Positions 9,347-19,733 of a DNA stretch of 64,000 nt are shown piece after piece. A program made the translations under genes and the position numbers. Origin of the DNA: Sphingobacteriales bacterium (GTDB taxonomy: Bacteria > Bacteroidota > Bacteroidia > Sphingobacteriales > Sphingobacteriaceae). Position 1 is the stretch's first letter. The number at the start of each line of letters is the position of its first letter. The notes under the pieces are model-generated. The model did not search any database, was not told the DNA's origin, and saw nothing but the letters and a program-made list of their open reading frames with translations. Where the stretch lies: NCBI GenBank assembly GCA_026390835.1, contig JAPLFD010000008.1, positions 34,396 through 98,395 on the forward strand. The letters are read 5' to 3'.

Positions 9347-10585
9347 ATGCCTACCATCAAAGCATTTAAAGGAATACATCCTAGCCAATCTTTGGTAGCG
9401 CAAGTGGTAATACCTGTAGAAAATTTGTTATTGGCTGATGCCAAAACTATTCGCGATACCAATCCCTATTCTTTTGTGAATATGTTGGTTCCTAAAGTCG
9501 AAAATCCTTTTTTAATGGGATCTAAAGCAGAATTAGCCTATAAAAAAATTAACGAAAATTTTGATGATTTTTTAGATAAGGGTGTTTTGCAAAAAGATGA
9601 GAAAGAAGCTATTTATGTATATCGAGTTAGCCATTATGGTTTTACCCAAACCGGGTTTTGGACCTTAACTGCTATTGACGATTATTTAAATAATACCGTT
9701 AAAAAACACGAACTCACCCGGGCCGATAGGGAACAATATTTAGTAGATTATCTTCAACATACTGGGATGGATGCCAATCCGGTGCTTATTACGTATCCAT
9801 CGGATGCTATATTGACCGATATCTTAGCCAACATGGTAAAAACAGAGCCCTTATTGCATTTTAAGTTAGATACAGCTCAACACAGTATTTGGAAAATTAC
9901 CGATGAAGTCCTTCTAAAACGTATTATTTATCGCTTTTCGAAACTTTCTGCAAGTTATATTGCCGATGGGCATCATCGTGCTGCCGCTGCATCTTCCTAT
10001 GGCATTGAACGCAGAAAATACAATTTAAAGCATCGTGGTAACGAAGAATATAATTTTTTCAGTTCAGTTTACATAGATGCAGAACAGTTGCATATTTTCG
10101 AATTTCACCGCTTGGTTAAAGATTTAGGTAAACTGAAAATATCTCAATTTCTAGAAAAAATCTCAGAACAATTTACTTGTAAACTTTTGCCCAGCACTGC
10201 CAATTATACCCCAGACAAACCCCGCCATTTTGGGTTATATATTGCCGGAAACTGGTACGAATTGGTAAGTAAGAAAGTACTGAATAATGAGAATCCCGTG
10301 GATAATTTAGATGTCTCTATAGTGCAAAACGATATTTTAGATTCGATTTTACAAATTTCGGATTCAACAACAGATACCCGTTTAAGTTTTGCAGGTGGCC
10401 TAACACCCATAGAAGAGTTGGTGAAAAAAGTAGACGATGGAGTTTTTGATATTCTGTTGACGCTTTATCCAACCAGTATTTCAGAATTGTTCAACGTAGC
10501 CAATGCTGGGGAAGTAATGCCCCCTAAATCTACCTGGTTTGAGCCTAAATTCCCTTCTGGTTTGTTGGTGCACCAATTAACTTAA
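9347..10585 (+). CDS. DUF1015 family protein (function unknown)
   Basis: 412 aa. It starts MPTIKAFKGIHP and contains the ADGHHR motif, which I recognise as DUF1015. It lies 15 nt after serA on the same strand. Confidence 0.65.
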   Translation: MPTIKAFKGIHPSQSLVAQVVIPVENLLLADAKTIRDTNPYSFVNMLVPKVENPFLMGSKAELAYKKINENFDDFLDKGVLQKDEKEAIYVYRVSHYGFTQTGFWTLTAIDDYLNNTVKKHELTRADREQYLVDYLQHTGMDANPVLITYPSDAILTDILANMVKTEPLLHFKLDTAQHSIWKITDEVLLKRIIYRFSKLSASYIADGHHRAAAASSYGIERRKYNLKHRGNEEYNFFSSVYIDAEQLHIFEFHRLVKDLGKLKISQFLEKISEQFTCKLLPSTANYTPDKPRHFGLYIAGNWYELVSKKVLNNENPVDNLDVSIVQNDILDSILQISDSTTDTRLSFAGGLTPIEELVKKVDDGVFDILLTLYPTSISELFNVANAGEVMPPKSTWFEPKFPSGLLVHQLT

Positions 10586-10917
10586 GTTTTTTCTTTTTTC
10601 AGTTCTCGGTAGAGATAAAGAATACCTAATAGTAAAGCAATTAAAAGTGTTATCCATGCTAGGTACCGATCTATAAGAATCTTATTTTCTAGGCTAATTT
10701 GTCCGAATAGGAGAATAACAATACCTAATGCAGCACATAAAAATGGAATTGAACAGGCCCCAATAAATACACTGTTTTTTTTTAATTGTGCTAGTTTACT
10801 TTCGCAAGTGAGTAAAATATGCCTAATGAATAAACAAAATAGCAATATGCCAAAAAAGCTAGCGCTAATAATGCACAATACGAGAGAACCTAGCCCGTTA
10901 AAAGAAATATCTGACAT
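10582..10917 (-). CDS. small integral membrane protein, hypothetical
   Basis: 111 aa with three predicted hydrophobic helices. It lies 29 nt downstream of the ABC exporter gene on the same strand. I recognise no family. Confidence 0.45.
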   Translation of the reverse strand: MSDISFNGLGSLVLCIISASFFGILLFCLFIRHILLTCESKLAQLKKNSVFIGACSIPFLCAALGIVILLFGQISLENKILIDRYLAWITLLIALLLGILYLYRELKKEKT

Positions 10918-10946
10918 GAAACAGTTTTTTACTGTTTAACGCCTTT

Positions 10947-12770
10947 TTAACTCTCAAATTGTAATTGGCTGAGGTATCGGTACAATCCACCTTCTTTTTG
11001 CATCAGTGTCTGGTGGCTACCACTTTCTAAAATGGTGCCATTTTCTAACACCAAAATACTGTCTGCTTCGCGAATGGTAGCTAAACGGTGGGCAATAATA
11101 ATGGAGGTTCTGTTTTTCATCAATTCTTCTAAAGCTTCTTGTACCAAGCGTTCCGATTCAGAATCGAGTGAGGATGTTGCTTCATCTAAAATAAGGATGG
11201 CAGGGTCTTTTAATAAGGCTCTAGCAATAGCAATACGTTGGCGTTGCCCACCCGAAAGTTTTACACCACGTTCGCCCACTAAGGTATCGTAACCTTCGGG
11301 GAAACTGGTAATAAATTCGTGCGCATTGGCTCGTTTAGCAGCTTTAATAATTTCCTCCTTGCTTGCGCTAAGTTTTCCGTAAGAGATGTTTTCTAAAATG
11401 CTTCCACCAAATAACAAAACATCTTGGGGTACAATGGCTACTTGATTACGAATGTCTGTTAAACTGAAATTGGTAGAAGGTTTTTCATCGAACAAAATTT
11501 GTCCTTCATTGACTTCATAAAAACGCAAAATAAGAGAGGCTAAAGTTGATTTTCCGGCGCCACTTGGCCCTACAATGGCAATTTTTTGTCCAGCTTTGGC
11601 ACTAAAATTCAATTCTTTTAGTACAGGCATCTCAGCACGAGAAGGATAGGTGAAAGAAACCTTATTAAAGCGTAAATCACCTTTAATGACTTGTTTTACT
11701 TTATTTTCATCGGTATTTATAGAAATCGCTTCGTTTTTTTCATGCAAAATTTCTAAAACACGTTCGCTGGCGCCCACAGCTTTTTGTACGTTGGCGTATA
11801 ATTCAGGAAAACTACCCATGGCCGCACCTACAAAAATGGCATATAAAATAAAGGTGGTTAAGCTACCCACAGAAAGTTCTCCGCCAGCAACCAATACCGA
11901 GCCGTACCAAATAACAGCCACTATAGCACCAAATAAACAGAAAATTACAAAGGAGGCGAAGGCACCACGATAGGTTGCTCCTCTTAAGGCAATTTTAACT
12001 ACCTTTTTTAAATTAGTTTCGTAGCGATTGGCCTCATAGGCTTCGTTTACAAAAGCCTTTACATTAGAAATACCCTGTAAAGTTTCTTGTACCACGGTAT
12101 TCGATTCGGCCAATTGATCTTGAGCTGCCCTGGACACCTTTCTAATAAATCGACCAAAAATTACAGCAGATATAACTAAAACTGGTAGAATGGTTAGATT
12201 GAGTAGCGTTAGTTTTGGCGATACAACAACCAATAGGCTGATGCCCCCTATAAGCAACACAATTTGTCTAAAAAGTTCAGCTAGGGTAGTGGTTAAGGTA
12301 TCTTGAATTTGTGATAAATCAGACGATATACGGCTATTTAATTCGCCTACTCTGCGGTTAGCAAAGAAATTCATGGGAAGCGTAATCAGGCGGAAATAGG
12401 TATCTCTACGGATATCAGCTAATGCTTTTTCGGCCACTTCAACAAATAAACGTATTCTGAAAAAGGAAACAAACGATTGTACAAATAAGATGCAAAAGCA
12501 AACAATACCAATGGTGTTTATGTTTGCAGGTATAAAGCTCAATTTTTGTTTACCCTGTGCAGCATCAATCATGGCACCTAATAATGATGGAAAGGCAAGC
12601 CCCGTTAAGCTTGAGAGTAATAAAAAAAACATGCCAAATGCAAACTTTACCTTATAGGGTTTTAGGTAGCGAAGGAGTTCCGAAATGTTTTGAATACTCT
12701 GTTTGGTTATTTTGGTTTTAGGAAGTTCTTCGGCTTGTGTATTTCCGCTATTTAATGTTGATTTGGCCAT
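10947..12770 (-). CDS. ABC exporter, fused permease/ATPase (MsbA/ABCB type)
   Basis: Six-TM domain followed by Walker A (GPSGAGKST), the signature LSGGQRQR and Walker B (ILILDEATS). I prefer the ATG at 12770 (MAKSTLNSG), because the ORF-track start at 12806 is a TTG. Confidence 0.88.
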   Translation of the reverse strand: MAKSTLNSGNTQAEELPKTKITKQSIQNISELLRYLKPYKVKFAFGMFFLLLSSLTGLAFPSLLGAMIDAAQGKQKLSFIPANINTIGIVCFCILFVQSFVSFFRIRLFVEVAEKALADIRRDTYFRLITLPMNFFANRRVGELNSRISSDLSQIQDTLTTTLAELFRQIVLLIGGISLLVVVSPKLTLLNLTILPVLVISAVIFGRFIRKVSRAAQDQLAESNTVVQETLQGISNVKAFVNEAYEANRYETNLKKVVKIALRGATYRGAFASFVIFCLFGAIVAVIWYGSVLVAGGELSVGSLTTFILYAIFVGAAMGSFPELYANVQKAVGASERVLEILHEKNEAISINTDENKVKQVIKGDLRFNKVSFTYPSRAEMPVLKELNFSAKAGQKIAIVGPSGAGKSTLASLILRFYEVNEGQILFDEKPSTNFSLTDIRNQVAIVPQDVLLFGGSILENISYGKLSASKEEIIKAAKRANAHEFITSFPEGYDTLVGERGVKLSGGQRQRIAIARALLKDPAILILDEATSSLDSESERLVQEALEELMKNRTSIIIAHRLATIREADSILVLENGTILESGSHQTLMQKEGGLYRYLSQLQFES

Positions 12771-12850
12771 TTTTGGTATTAGAAATTTAGCCCTAAAAAT
12801 AGGCAAAAAAAGCCACTAAATGTTAGGTTGTATGCTTCTATAACTCAAGG

Positions 12851-13798
12851 CTATTTTTTAATTAAAAAGCTTTTAAATACCTCTAAAGTCTGTTTAGGAT
12901 CTTCTTCCATAGGGGTGTGGCCAAGGTTTTTAAGCACTACAAGCGTGTCGTTGGGTAAATCAGCGTGAAAGTTCTCGGCCACTGTAACCGGAATTAATAA
13001 ATCTTTATCGCCCCATAGAATAAGAGTTGGGGTTTTTATAGTTTTTATTTGTAGGTAGGTTGAATCGTTTAATAACGTTTTAAAGATTGACATGCGCTCA
13101 ATAAAAGCTTGTCGATTACCAGCTCGTAATGCCAAGTTAAAATAGCGATCTACCAAAGCCGGTTCAACCTTTGTTTTGTCGGCATATACATTTTCTATGC
13201 TGTTTTGAACAATAAACCTTGGGGTAACGTATTGAAAAAGATTTTTTAATACAGGCATACCAGCTAATTGAAAGGCCACGGGTACCGATTTTGCTTCCAT
13301 GGGGTAGCCCACAGCATCTATCAATACCAATTTGGAAACGGCGGTTGGGTACCGAAGTGTATACCGCCAAGCAATAGCTCCACCGAGGGAATTACCAGCT
13401 ATAATACACTTTTTAACACCCAATTTTTGTAAAAAGTGGTGCATAAATTGTGCATAATATTCTGGAGAGTAATCACCAGATGTGTTAGGTCCGGTAAGCC
13501 CGTAAGCCGGTAAATCCATACGAATAACCCGATGTTTTTGTTTTAATTCATTAGCCCAGGCTTCCCAAGTATGTAAACTAGCAGCAGTGCCGTGTATCAA
13601 AACAATGGGCGTGGTATCTGCCCGATTGCCTTCATCGCGGTAATGTACCAATACATCGTTTAGTTTAATGAATTTTGATGGGGCAGGAGCATATGCATCT
13701 TTTAAATCAGCTAGCGGAATATCATTTTGCCAATAAACTGCACAAAAAGAGCTGGTAATTAGTAGGATGGTTAAAAGTAAATACCTAACAAGTTTCAT
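12851..13798 (-). CDS. alpha/beta-fold hydrolase
   Basis: 315 aa with a signal-like N-terminus, an HGTAAS oxyanion region, the nucleophile elbow GNSLGG and a C-terminal GH pair (LGHTPMEE). Confidence 0.8.
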   Translation of the reverse strand: MKLVRYLLLTILLITSSFCAVYWQNDIPLADLKDAYAPAPSKFIKLNDVLVHYRDEGNRADTTPIVLIHGTAASLHTWEAWANELKQKHRVIRMDLPAYGLTGPNTSGDYSPEYYAQFMHHFLQKLGVKKCIIAGNSLGGAIAWRYTLRYPTAVSKLVLIDAVGYPMEAKSVPVAFQLAGMPVLKNLFQYVTPRFIVQNSIENVYADKTKVEPALVDRYFNLALRAGNRQAFIERMSIFKTLLNDSTYLQIKTIKTPTLILWGDKDLLIPVTVAENFHADLPNDTLVVLKNLGHTPMEEDPKQTLEVFKSFLIKK

Positions 13799-13799
13799 A

Positions 13800-14087
13800 T
13801 CAATTTACGGTGTTTAAAGTCCAAGCCTCGGCTTTATTGTTAAAAAGTGGTTTAACCTTCGACCAAATTTCTCTAAAAAATTCCGATTGACGGTAGCGTT
13901 CTAAATGAACTTCACTGCTCCACGTACTAATGGTGAAATACGTATCGGTATTACTGGTGCATTTAAAAATTTCTAAACTAGTACAACCATCACTTTTTTC
14001 CAATAGCTGTTTATTTTGATTGAAAATTTCTAAGAATTCAGGAACTTTATCGGACTGAAAATTCAGTTTAACTATTCGGGTAATCAT
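13800..14087 (-). CDS. ABM (antibiotic biosynthesis monooxygenase-like) domain protein
   Basis: 95 aa counted from the MITRIVKLNF start. Its ATG overlaps the upstream gene's stop as ATGA (14087-14084). The ferredoxin-like ABM pattern is present (ISTWSSEVHLERYRQS). Confidence 0.6.
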   Translation of the reverse strand: MITRIVKLNFQSDKVPEFLEIFNQNKQLLEKSDGCTSLEIFKCTSNTDTYFTISTWSSEVHLERYRQSEFFREIWSKVKPLFNNKAEAWTLNTVN

Positions 14088-14863
14088 TTTGAGAATTCTA
14101 TACGTACAATATCGCCCAAACCAAGGCCGAGTAAACCGCTTGCATTTCCTTTGTTTATAGCAATTTCTAAGTGATTGCTTATACCAAATAAACATAGTTT
14201 TTCTCCTTCCGGAACTTCGTTATAATGCCAACTAAGGGTGTTTATTGATTCGTTTCTACGGAAATATAAACTAAAATTTCGCTTTTTCTGGTAGCGGGTA
14301 AAAATATCTTTAGTGATATTGGTAATTACATTTTGGAACGAATCAATATAAATTACAGCCCCCCGTATCACATCGTCATTAATAACGGGTTGTAAGGTAA
14401 GGCGTTGTTCTAATTGACTCATTGGCAGACCAATATCCGAAAGTTTACCTCCACTGGCTAAATGGCAAGCAGCTTTCGCAAAAATATCTGAGAGTGGAAA
14501 ATGCAGATAATTTAAATCTTGCATGATATTAATTTCTACAATTTCCTCGGGCTCTGAATCGAATAGCAGTGAAAAAATACCATTATCAGAACCCACAAAA
14601 TAATGCCCCTTATAGCGCATGGCTAAGTATCGGGTACGCTCGTGGTACACGGAATCAATTCCTATTAAATGAACCGTTTCTTGCGGAAAATAATAAAAGG
14701 CGTTTTTAAGTACAAAAGCGGCATGTGGAATATTGAAAGCAGAAATATCGTGCGTAATATCTACAATATTAACGGTAGGTAATAGCGTTACAATGCTACC
14801 TTTTAGGGCTGCCTGGTAAAAATCTTTAGATCCCAGATCGGTAGTTAACGTAATTATTGCCAT
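14084..14863 (-). CDS. SAM hydroxide adenosyltransferase family protein (DUF62; chlorinase/fluorinase superfamily)
   Basis: 259 aa. The N-terminus IITLTTDLGSKDFYQAALKGSI is the characteristic DUF62 opening. Confidence 0.75.
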   Translation of the reverse strand: MAIITLTTDLGSKDFYQAALKGSIVTLLPTVNIVDITHDISAFNIPHAAFVLKNAFYYFPQETVHLIGIDSVYHERTRYLAMRYKGHYFVGSDNGIFSLLFDSEPEEIVEINIMQDLNYLHFPLSDIFAKAACHLASGGKLSDIGLPMSQLEQRLTLQPVINDDVIRGAVIYIDSFQNVITNITKDIFTRYQKKRNFSLYFRRNESINTLSWHYNEVPEGEKLCLFGISNHLEIAINKGNASGLLGLGLGDIVRIEFSK

Positions 14864-14885
14864 TTAAAAAAACCCTTTTTGTGCT

Positions 14886-14893
14886 TATATTTG
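14886..14893 (+). promoter_or_regulatory. candidate -7 promoter element (TATATTTG) upstream of phoH
   Basis: Exact TAnnTTTG match, 83 nt upstream of the phoH TTG start. Confidence 0.35.
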
Positions 14894-14975
14894 CTAGCGG
14901 TAATCCGCATACAAATATTCAATTTTTATCGCATAAAAAAACGTATTTTTAAAAGCAAATAACAATCATTTTCAC

Positions 14976-15935
14976 TTGAACGAATTTACCCAAACCCTAG
15001 AGCAAGTAAACCCCATAATAGTGTGGGGTGCCAACAACGAAAACTTTGAAGCCCTAAAAAAACAGTTCCCGAAACTGAAAATTGTGGCTAGAGGTAATGA
15101 AGTAAAAGTATTAGGCGATGAAACGGAATTACATCTTTTCCAAAATAAGTTTTCAGAGATCTTAAAGCATATAGATCAATACCAATCGCTTACACCCAAC
15201 GATATTCTTCATATTTTAGGCTCTCCCGAAACTTCTGCGGATTCCGAAAAATCAACAGAGAAAACAAACGGCTCAGAACCTATTGTTTTTGGCCCTAATG
15301 GCATTGTGGTAAAAGCCCGAACCGCCAACCAGCGTCGTATGGTAGAGAGCATTGCTACAAACGACGTTATTTTTGCCATTGGCCCTGCTGGTACAGGAAA
15401 AACATATACAGCAGTAGCTTTAGCAGTACGCTCTCTAAAAAATAAAGAGATTAAGCGCATTATTTTAACCCGACCGGCAGTAGAAGCAGGCGAAAATCTA
15501 GGTTTTTTACCTGGTGATTTAAAGGAAAAAATTGACCCGTATTTAAGACCCTTATACGATGCGTTAGACGATATGATTCCGGCAGATAAGCTAAAGTTGT
15601 ATTTAGAAAATAGAACCATAGAAATTGCCCCATTGGCCTTTATGCGTGGGCGTACACTCGATAATTGCTTTGTAATTTTAGATGAAGCACAAAATGCAAC
15701 CGATATGCAGTTGAAAATGTTTTTAACTCGTATGGGGCCTACAGCTAAATTCATTGTAACCGGCGACGTTACCCAAATAGATTTACCTAAAATTCAGCAA
15801 TCGGGTTTGCACACCGCTTTGCGCATTTTACCCGAAATAAAAGGTATAGATATTATTTATTTGAGTGGAGAAGATGTGGTGCGCCACAAATTGGTAAGAA
15901 GAATTTTAGAAGCCTACGGCGATATACAGAAATAA
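14976..15935 (+). CDS. phoH: PhoH-family ATPase
   Basis: 319 aa. Walker [10 protein letters not shown] and ILDEAQN. The start is a TTG, and no in-frame ATG lies nearby. Confidence 0.88.
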   Translation: MNEFTQTLEQVNPIIVWGANNENFEALKKQFPKLKIVARGNEVKVLGDETELHLFQNKFSEILKHIDQYQSLTPNDILHILGSPETSADSEKSTEKTNGSEPIVFGPNGIVVKARTANQRRMVESIATNDVIFAIGPAGTGKTYTAVALAVRSLKNKEIKRIILTRPAVEAGENLGFLPGDLKEKIDPYLRPLYDALDDMIPADKLKLYLENRTIEIAPLAFMRGRTLDNCFVILDEAQNATDMQLKMFLTRMGPTAKFIVTGDVTQIDLPKIQQSGLHTALRILPEIKGIDIIYLSGEDVVRHKLVRRILEAYGDIQK

Positions 15936-15937
15936 GC

Positions 15938-16891
15938 ATGCAAGCAATAAAAGAAACCCATTTTCAATTTCCGGGTCAAACCGCTTTTTATAAAGGCAAA
16001 GTAAGAGATGTATACACCATTGCTAACAACTTGCTTGTTATGGTAGTAAGCGATCGTATTTCTGCCTTTGATGTGGTATTGCCCGAGGCTATACCCTATA
16101 AAGGACAAGTGCTCAATCAAATTGCGTCTAAATTTTTAAAGGCCACCGAAGATATTTTGCCCAATTGGGTAATAGCTAGCCCCGACCCCATGGTAACCAT
16201 TGGCAAAATGTGTATACCATTTAAAGTAGAAATGGTTATTAGAGGCTATTTAGCTGGTCATGCTTGGCGTGAATATGCCGCAGGTAAACGCAGTGTATGC
16301 GGCGTAGCCTTACCGGAAGGCTTAAAAGAGAATGATAAGCTTCCTGAGCCCATTATTACGCCAACTACCAAAGCAGCGGTTGGGCATGATGAAGATATTT
16401 CTAGGGAAAATATTTTAACACAAGGAATTGTATCTGAGGCAGATTACAGCCAATTAGAGGCCTATACTCGGTCCCTGTACCAACGCGGTACAGAAATGGC
16501 TAAAGAAAGAGGCCTAATTTTAGTAGATACAAAATACGAATTTGGAAAAGATGCCGATGGGGTGATTACCCTAATTGATGAGATTCATACGCCCGATTCA
16601 TCGCGGTATTTTTATGCCGATGGCTATGCCGAACGCCAAGCAAGCAACGAGCCTCAGCGCCAACTCTCTAAAGAATTTGTTCGTAAATGGCTCATAGAAA
16701 ACGGATTTCAAGGCAAAGAAGGACAACAAGTACCCCATATGAGTGCCGAATGGGTGACTGCCATCTCCGAACGTTATATTGAGTTATTTGAGCAAATTAC
16801 TGGCGATACCTTTCAGCGCTATGAAGGAGCTGATGTATCGGGCCGCATAGTTGATAATATAAAAACTTGTTTAGCGCAATTAAGCGCATAA
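15938..16891 (+). CDS. purC: phosphoribosylaminoimidazole-succinocarboxamide synthase (SAICAR synthetase)
   Basis: 317 aa. YKGKVRDVY...SDRISAFD and LVDTKYEFG motifs. Confidence 0.9.
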   Translation: MQAIKETHFQFPGQTAFYKGKVRDVYTIANNLLVMVVSDRISAFDVVLPEAIPYKGQVLNQIASKFLKATEDILPNWVIASPDPMVTIGKMCIPFKVEMVIRGYLAGHAWREYAAGKRSVCGVALPEGLKENDKLPEPIITPTTKAAVGHDEDISRENILTQGIVSEADYSQLEAYTRSLYQRGTEMAKERGLILVDTKYEFGKDADGVITLIDEIHTPDSSRYFYADGYAERQASNEPQRQLSKEFVRKWLIENGFQGKEGQQVPHMSAEWVTAISERYIELFEQITGDTFQRYEGADVSGRIVDNIKTCLAQLSA

Positions 16892-16915
16892 GCTAAAAGC
16901 ATTACAGGCTATACC

Positions 16916-17827
16916 ATGAAATTTGAGCTTACCATCTTAGGAAGCAGTTCGGCTACACCCATTCATGGTAGAAATCCCAGTGCTCAGCTACTCAAAATAA
17001 ACGAAAAAATTTACCTCATTGATTGTGGCGAAGGCACTCAACAGCAATTATTGCGTTTTGGTTTAAAAGCAGCCAAAATAGACACCATACTTATCAGTCA
17101 TTTGCATGGCGACCATTATTTAGGCCTTATGGGCTTATTATCTTCCATGCATTTAGTGGGCAGAACAAAAGCCTTGACACTTTTTGGCCCTCCCGAACTG
17201 GATGAATTGCTTCAGCTACATTTTAAGTATTCGGCCACGGTATTGCGATTCCCACTTATTTTTAAATCTACGCATAGTAATTCACCTGCAGTTATTTTAG
17301 AAAATTCGGATGTAGTAGTAGAAACAATAATTTTAACTCATCGTATTCACTGTACGGGATTCAAGTTTACTACCAAACCTATCTTGCCTACACTTAGAGA
17401 AGATAAGGTGATTGCCTTGGATATTCCTGTTGCGTATAGAGCCTTAATTAAAAAAGGCTTCCCATATACAGATGCCTCTGGTGTGATACATACTTCCGAT
17501 TCGTTAACCTTGCCGCCAACTCCTATAAAAAGTTTTGCCTATTGCTACGATACTCTTTGTGATGTTTCTTACGCATCGCAACTAGAAGGGGTAGATCTTT
17601 TGTACCACGAGAGTACCTTTTTGCACGATATGCTCGATAGGGCCAATGAAACGTATCATACAACCGCATTGCAAGCAGCAACATTAGCTAAAAAAGTTGG
17701 AGTAAAGCACTTGCTTATTGGACACTTTTCTGCCCGGTACAAAGAATTAACACCGCTACTAGAGGAAGCTCAATTGGTGTTTAAGGCAACTCAATTGGCC
17801 ATAGAAGGAGAAACCTTCTCCATTTAA
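16916..17827 (+). CDS. rnz: ribonuclease Z (metallo-beta-lactamase tRNA 3' endonuclease)
   Basis: 303 aa. LTILGSSSATP, DCGEGTQ and HLHGDH motifs. Confidence 0.88.
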   Translation: MKFELTILGSSSATPIHGRNPSAQLLKINEKIYLIDCGEGTQQQLLRFGLKAAKIDTILISHLHGDHYLGLMGLLSSMHLVGRTKALTLFGPPELDELLQLHFKYSATVLRFPLIFKSTHSNSPAVILENSDVVVETIILTHRIHCTGFKFTTKPILPTLREDKVIALDIPVAYRALIKKGFPYTDASGVIHTSDSLTLPPTPIKSFAYCYDTLCDVSYASQLEGVDLLYHESTFLHDMLDRANETYHTTALQAATLAKKVGVKHLLIGHFSARYKELTPLLEEAQLVFKATQLAIEGETFSI

Positions 17828-17833
17828 TTCCGT

Positions 17834-18778
17834 TTATTTTTTACCGCCACCAAATACAGAGAAGTGTACATAACGTTTCGGATTGGCTTTCAAATCAATC
17901 ATCAACTTGTCTAAATTTTCAGCAGATTGCGCTAAATTATCGTATAATTTTTTGTCGTTTATTAACAATCCAATACTTCCTTCACCGGCATTTATTTTAG
18001 AAATTACTTGTTGTAAATCTTTAACAGCTTGGTTGGCATTTATAAGCGTTTGCCCAATATTGGCCTTGGCGGTTTGGTCGCTTATTTGCTCAAAATTGGC
18101 AACAATGGTACTTATTTTCTGATTGTTGTTTTTGAAATTGGTAGAAATAGATTGCAGGTTAGATAAAATGCCCGATATTTTGGCAGTTTCAGAATCCATT
18201 AAGCCATCAACTTTTTTAGAAGTACGTTCTAAGTTCTCAAGCGTGTTGGCAATACTGGCAAAACTGCGGTCGAAGTTTTTCTGAAATTTAGGATTTAAGG
18301 TATTGTTAACCGATTCGAGAATAGAATCTAAACGACTAGCAATTTGATCGGCTTTCTTTTGAATAGGTTTCACCTGATCCATAAATCCTTCTTGAATAAA
18401 GGCAGTTAAGGTGTCGCCATCAGCAGCAAAGGCCTTACTGTTGCCCAATTCGAATACAATAGCTTTTCCTCCTAATAAATCGGTGCTTTCTAACCGGGCA
18501 ATCGTGTTTTTAGGAATGTTATAGCCTGGGCTTATTTGAAATTCGGCAATAATTTTACCATCTGGTGCCAAGGTAAGTTTAGATACCCTGCCAATTTTAA
18601 AACCATTAACCAATACAGGTTTAGATTCTGTAAGCCCATCGATATTTGGATAAATGGCATATAACTCATCTTCCCTCATAAACAAATCAGTGCCCTTTAA
18701 AAAGCTATAGCCCAATATTAAAACAGTAATAGCTACTGTGGCCAATATGCCTACTTTTGTTTCGTTAGATATTTTCAA
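17834..18778 (-). CDS. MlaD/MCE-domain protein
   Basis: 314 aa. N-terminal anchor KVGILATVAITVLILG, an MCE beta-barrel region, then a long helical tail. Confidence 0.8.
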   Translation of the reverse strand: MKISNETKVGILATVAITVLILGYSFLKGTDLFMREDELYAIYPNIDGLTESKPVLVNGFKIGRVSKLTLAPDGKIIAEFQISPGYNIPKNTIARLESTDLLGGKAIVFELGNSKAFAADGDTLTAFIQEGFMDQVKPIQKKADQIASRLDSILESVNNTLNPKFQKNFDRSFASIANTLENLERTSKKVDGLMDSETAKISGILSNLQSISTNFKNNNQKISTIVANFEQISDQTAKANIGQTLINANQAVKDLQQVISKINAGEGSIGLLINDKKLYDNLAQSAENLDKLMIDLKANPKRYVHFSVFGGGKK

Positions 18779-18797
18779 AATCTTTGGTTTAGGCTTT

Positions 18798-19706
18798 TTA
18801 ATCTACTTCTAATTGTTTCTTATACGTTTGAATTGCCTTAAGTAAACAATCCACTATTTCTTGTTGTCCTGCGTCTGAATTCATATAGGCCTCTTCTTCT
18901 GGGTTAGAAATAAAGCCAATTTCGGTTAATACAGCAGGCATACCGGCTCTAGCTAATACGGCCAAGCTTTTTTCTTTCACACCCCGATCAACACGACCTG
19001 TTTTGGTATACTCGTCTTGCATAAAAGTAGCCAATTTAATGCTCTGTTCTCTGAAACTATTTTTTAAAAAGGAAAACATGATGATACTTTCCGGATCTTT
19101 TGGATCGTAGCCTTCGTAATTGTCTTTGTAATCTTCTTCTAGCAAAATAGATGCGTTCTCTCTTAATGCAATGTCTTGCTCGTCCATTCGCCCAAAACCA
19201 GAAACGAATGTTTCTACCCCTCTAGTACTGTTGCTTTGGGTAGAAACGGTAGAATAGGTGGGTACCTTTTTGCCTTTCTTATTACGATGATAACCTGTTA
19301 TTATAGTTTTCTTGTAAATAGGCATGGAGTTACAATGTATAGAAATGAATAAATCTGCCTTCACTCTATTAGCTAAACCGATACGTTCGTACAAGGGTAC
19401 GAAAACATCGGTAGTGCGTGTATATACCACTTTTACGTCTTTAAGTTGTTCTTCAATGGCTTTTCCTAAACGTAAGGCAGTCATTAAGGCCACATCTTTT
19501 TCTTTAGAAATGGCCCCATGTGTAGCTCCGTCTTGCCCACCATGACCCGCATCTATTACAATTGTTTTTATGCGATAGGGCGTAATTAGGGGCGATTTAC
19601 CACTTGAAATCAATGGCATAAGTATTAAAACCGTTAAGAAAGCTGAAATCGGTCTTATGAATGGGATAATTTTCATTAATTTTGATCGATTTTTTGAGTT
19701 GAACAT
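18798..19706 (-). CDS. N-acetylmuramoyl-L-alanine amidase (Amidase_3)
   Basis: 302 aa. VIDAGHGGQDGAT, SIHCNS and LTEIGFISN motifs. Translation may instead begin at MKIIPF (19676). Confidence 0.85.
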   Translation of the reverse strand: MFNSKNRSKLMKIIPFIRPISAFLTVLILMPLISSGKSPLITPYRIKTIVIDAGHGGQDGATHGAISKEKDVALMTALRLGKAIEEQLKDVKVVYTRTTDVFVPLYERIGLANRVKADLFISIHCNSMPIYKKTIITGYHRNKKGKKVPTYSTVSTQSNSTRGVETFVSGFGRMDEQDIALRENASILLEEDYKDNYEGYDPKDPESIIMFSFLKNSFREQSIKLATFMQDEYTKTGRVDRGVKEKSLAVLARAGMPAVLTEIGFISNPEEEAYMNSDAGQQEIVDCLLKAIQTYKKQLEVD

Positions 19707-19709
19707 TTA

Positions 19710-19717
19710 CAAAAATA
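19710..19717 (-). promoter_or_regulatory. candidate -7 promoter element (TATTTTTG on the minus strand) for the amidase-mlaD string
   Basis: The plus strand reads CAAAAATA. It lies 3 nt upstream of the 19706 ATG. Confidence 0.4.
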
Positions 19718-19733
19718 GTATTCATCGGCTAAT

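Noticed and set aside
15209-15754. 181-aa antisense ORF inside phoH
   Set aside because: It is the reverse-complement shadow of the PhoH coding frame. It has no promoter box, no family resemblance, and would overlap a conserved gene completely.
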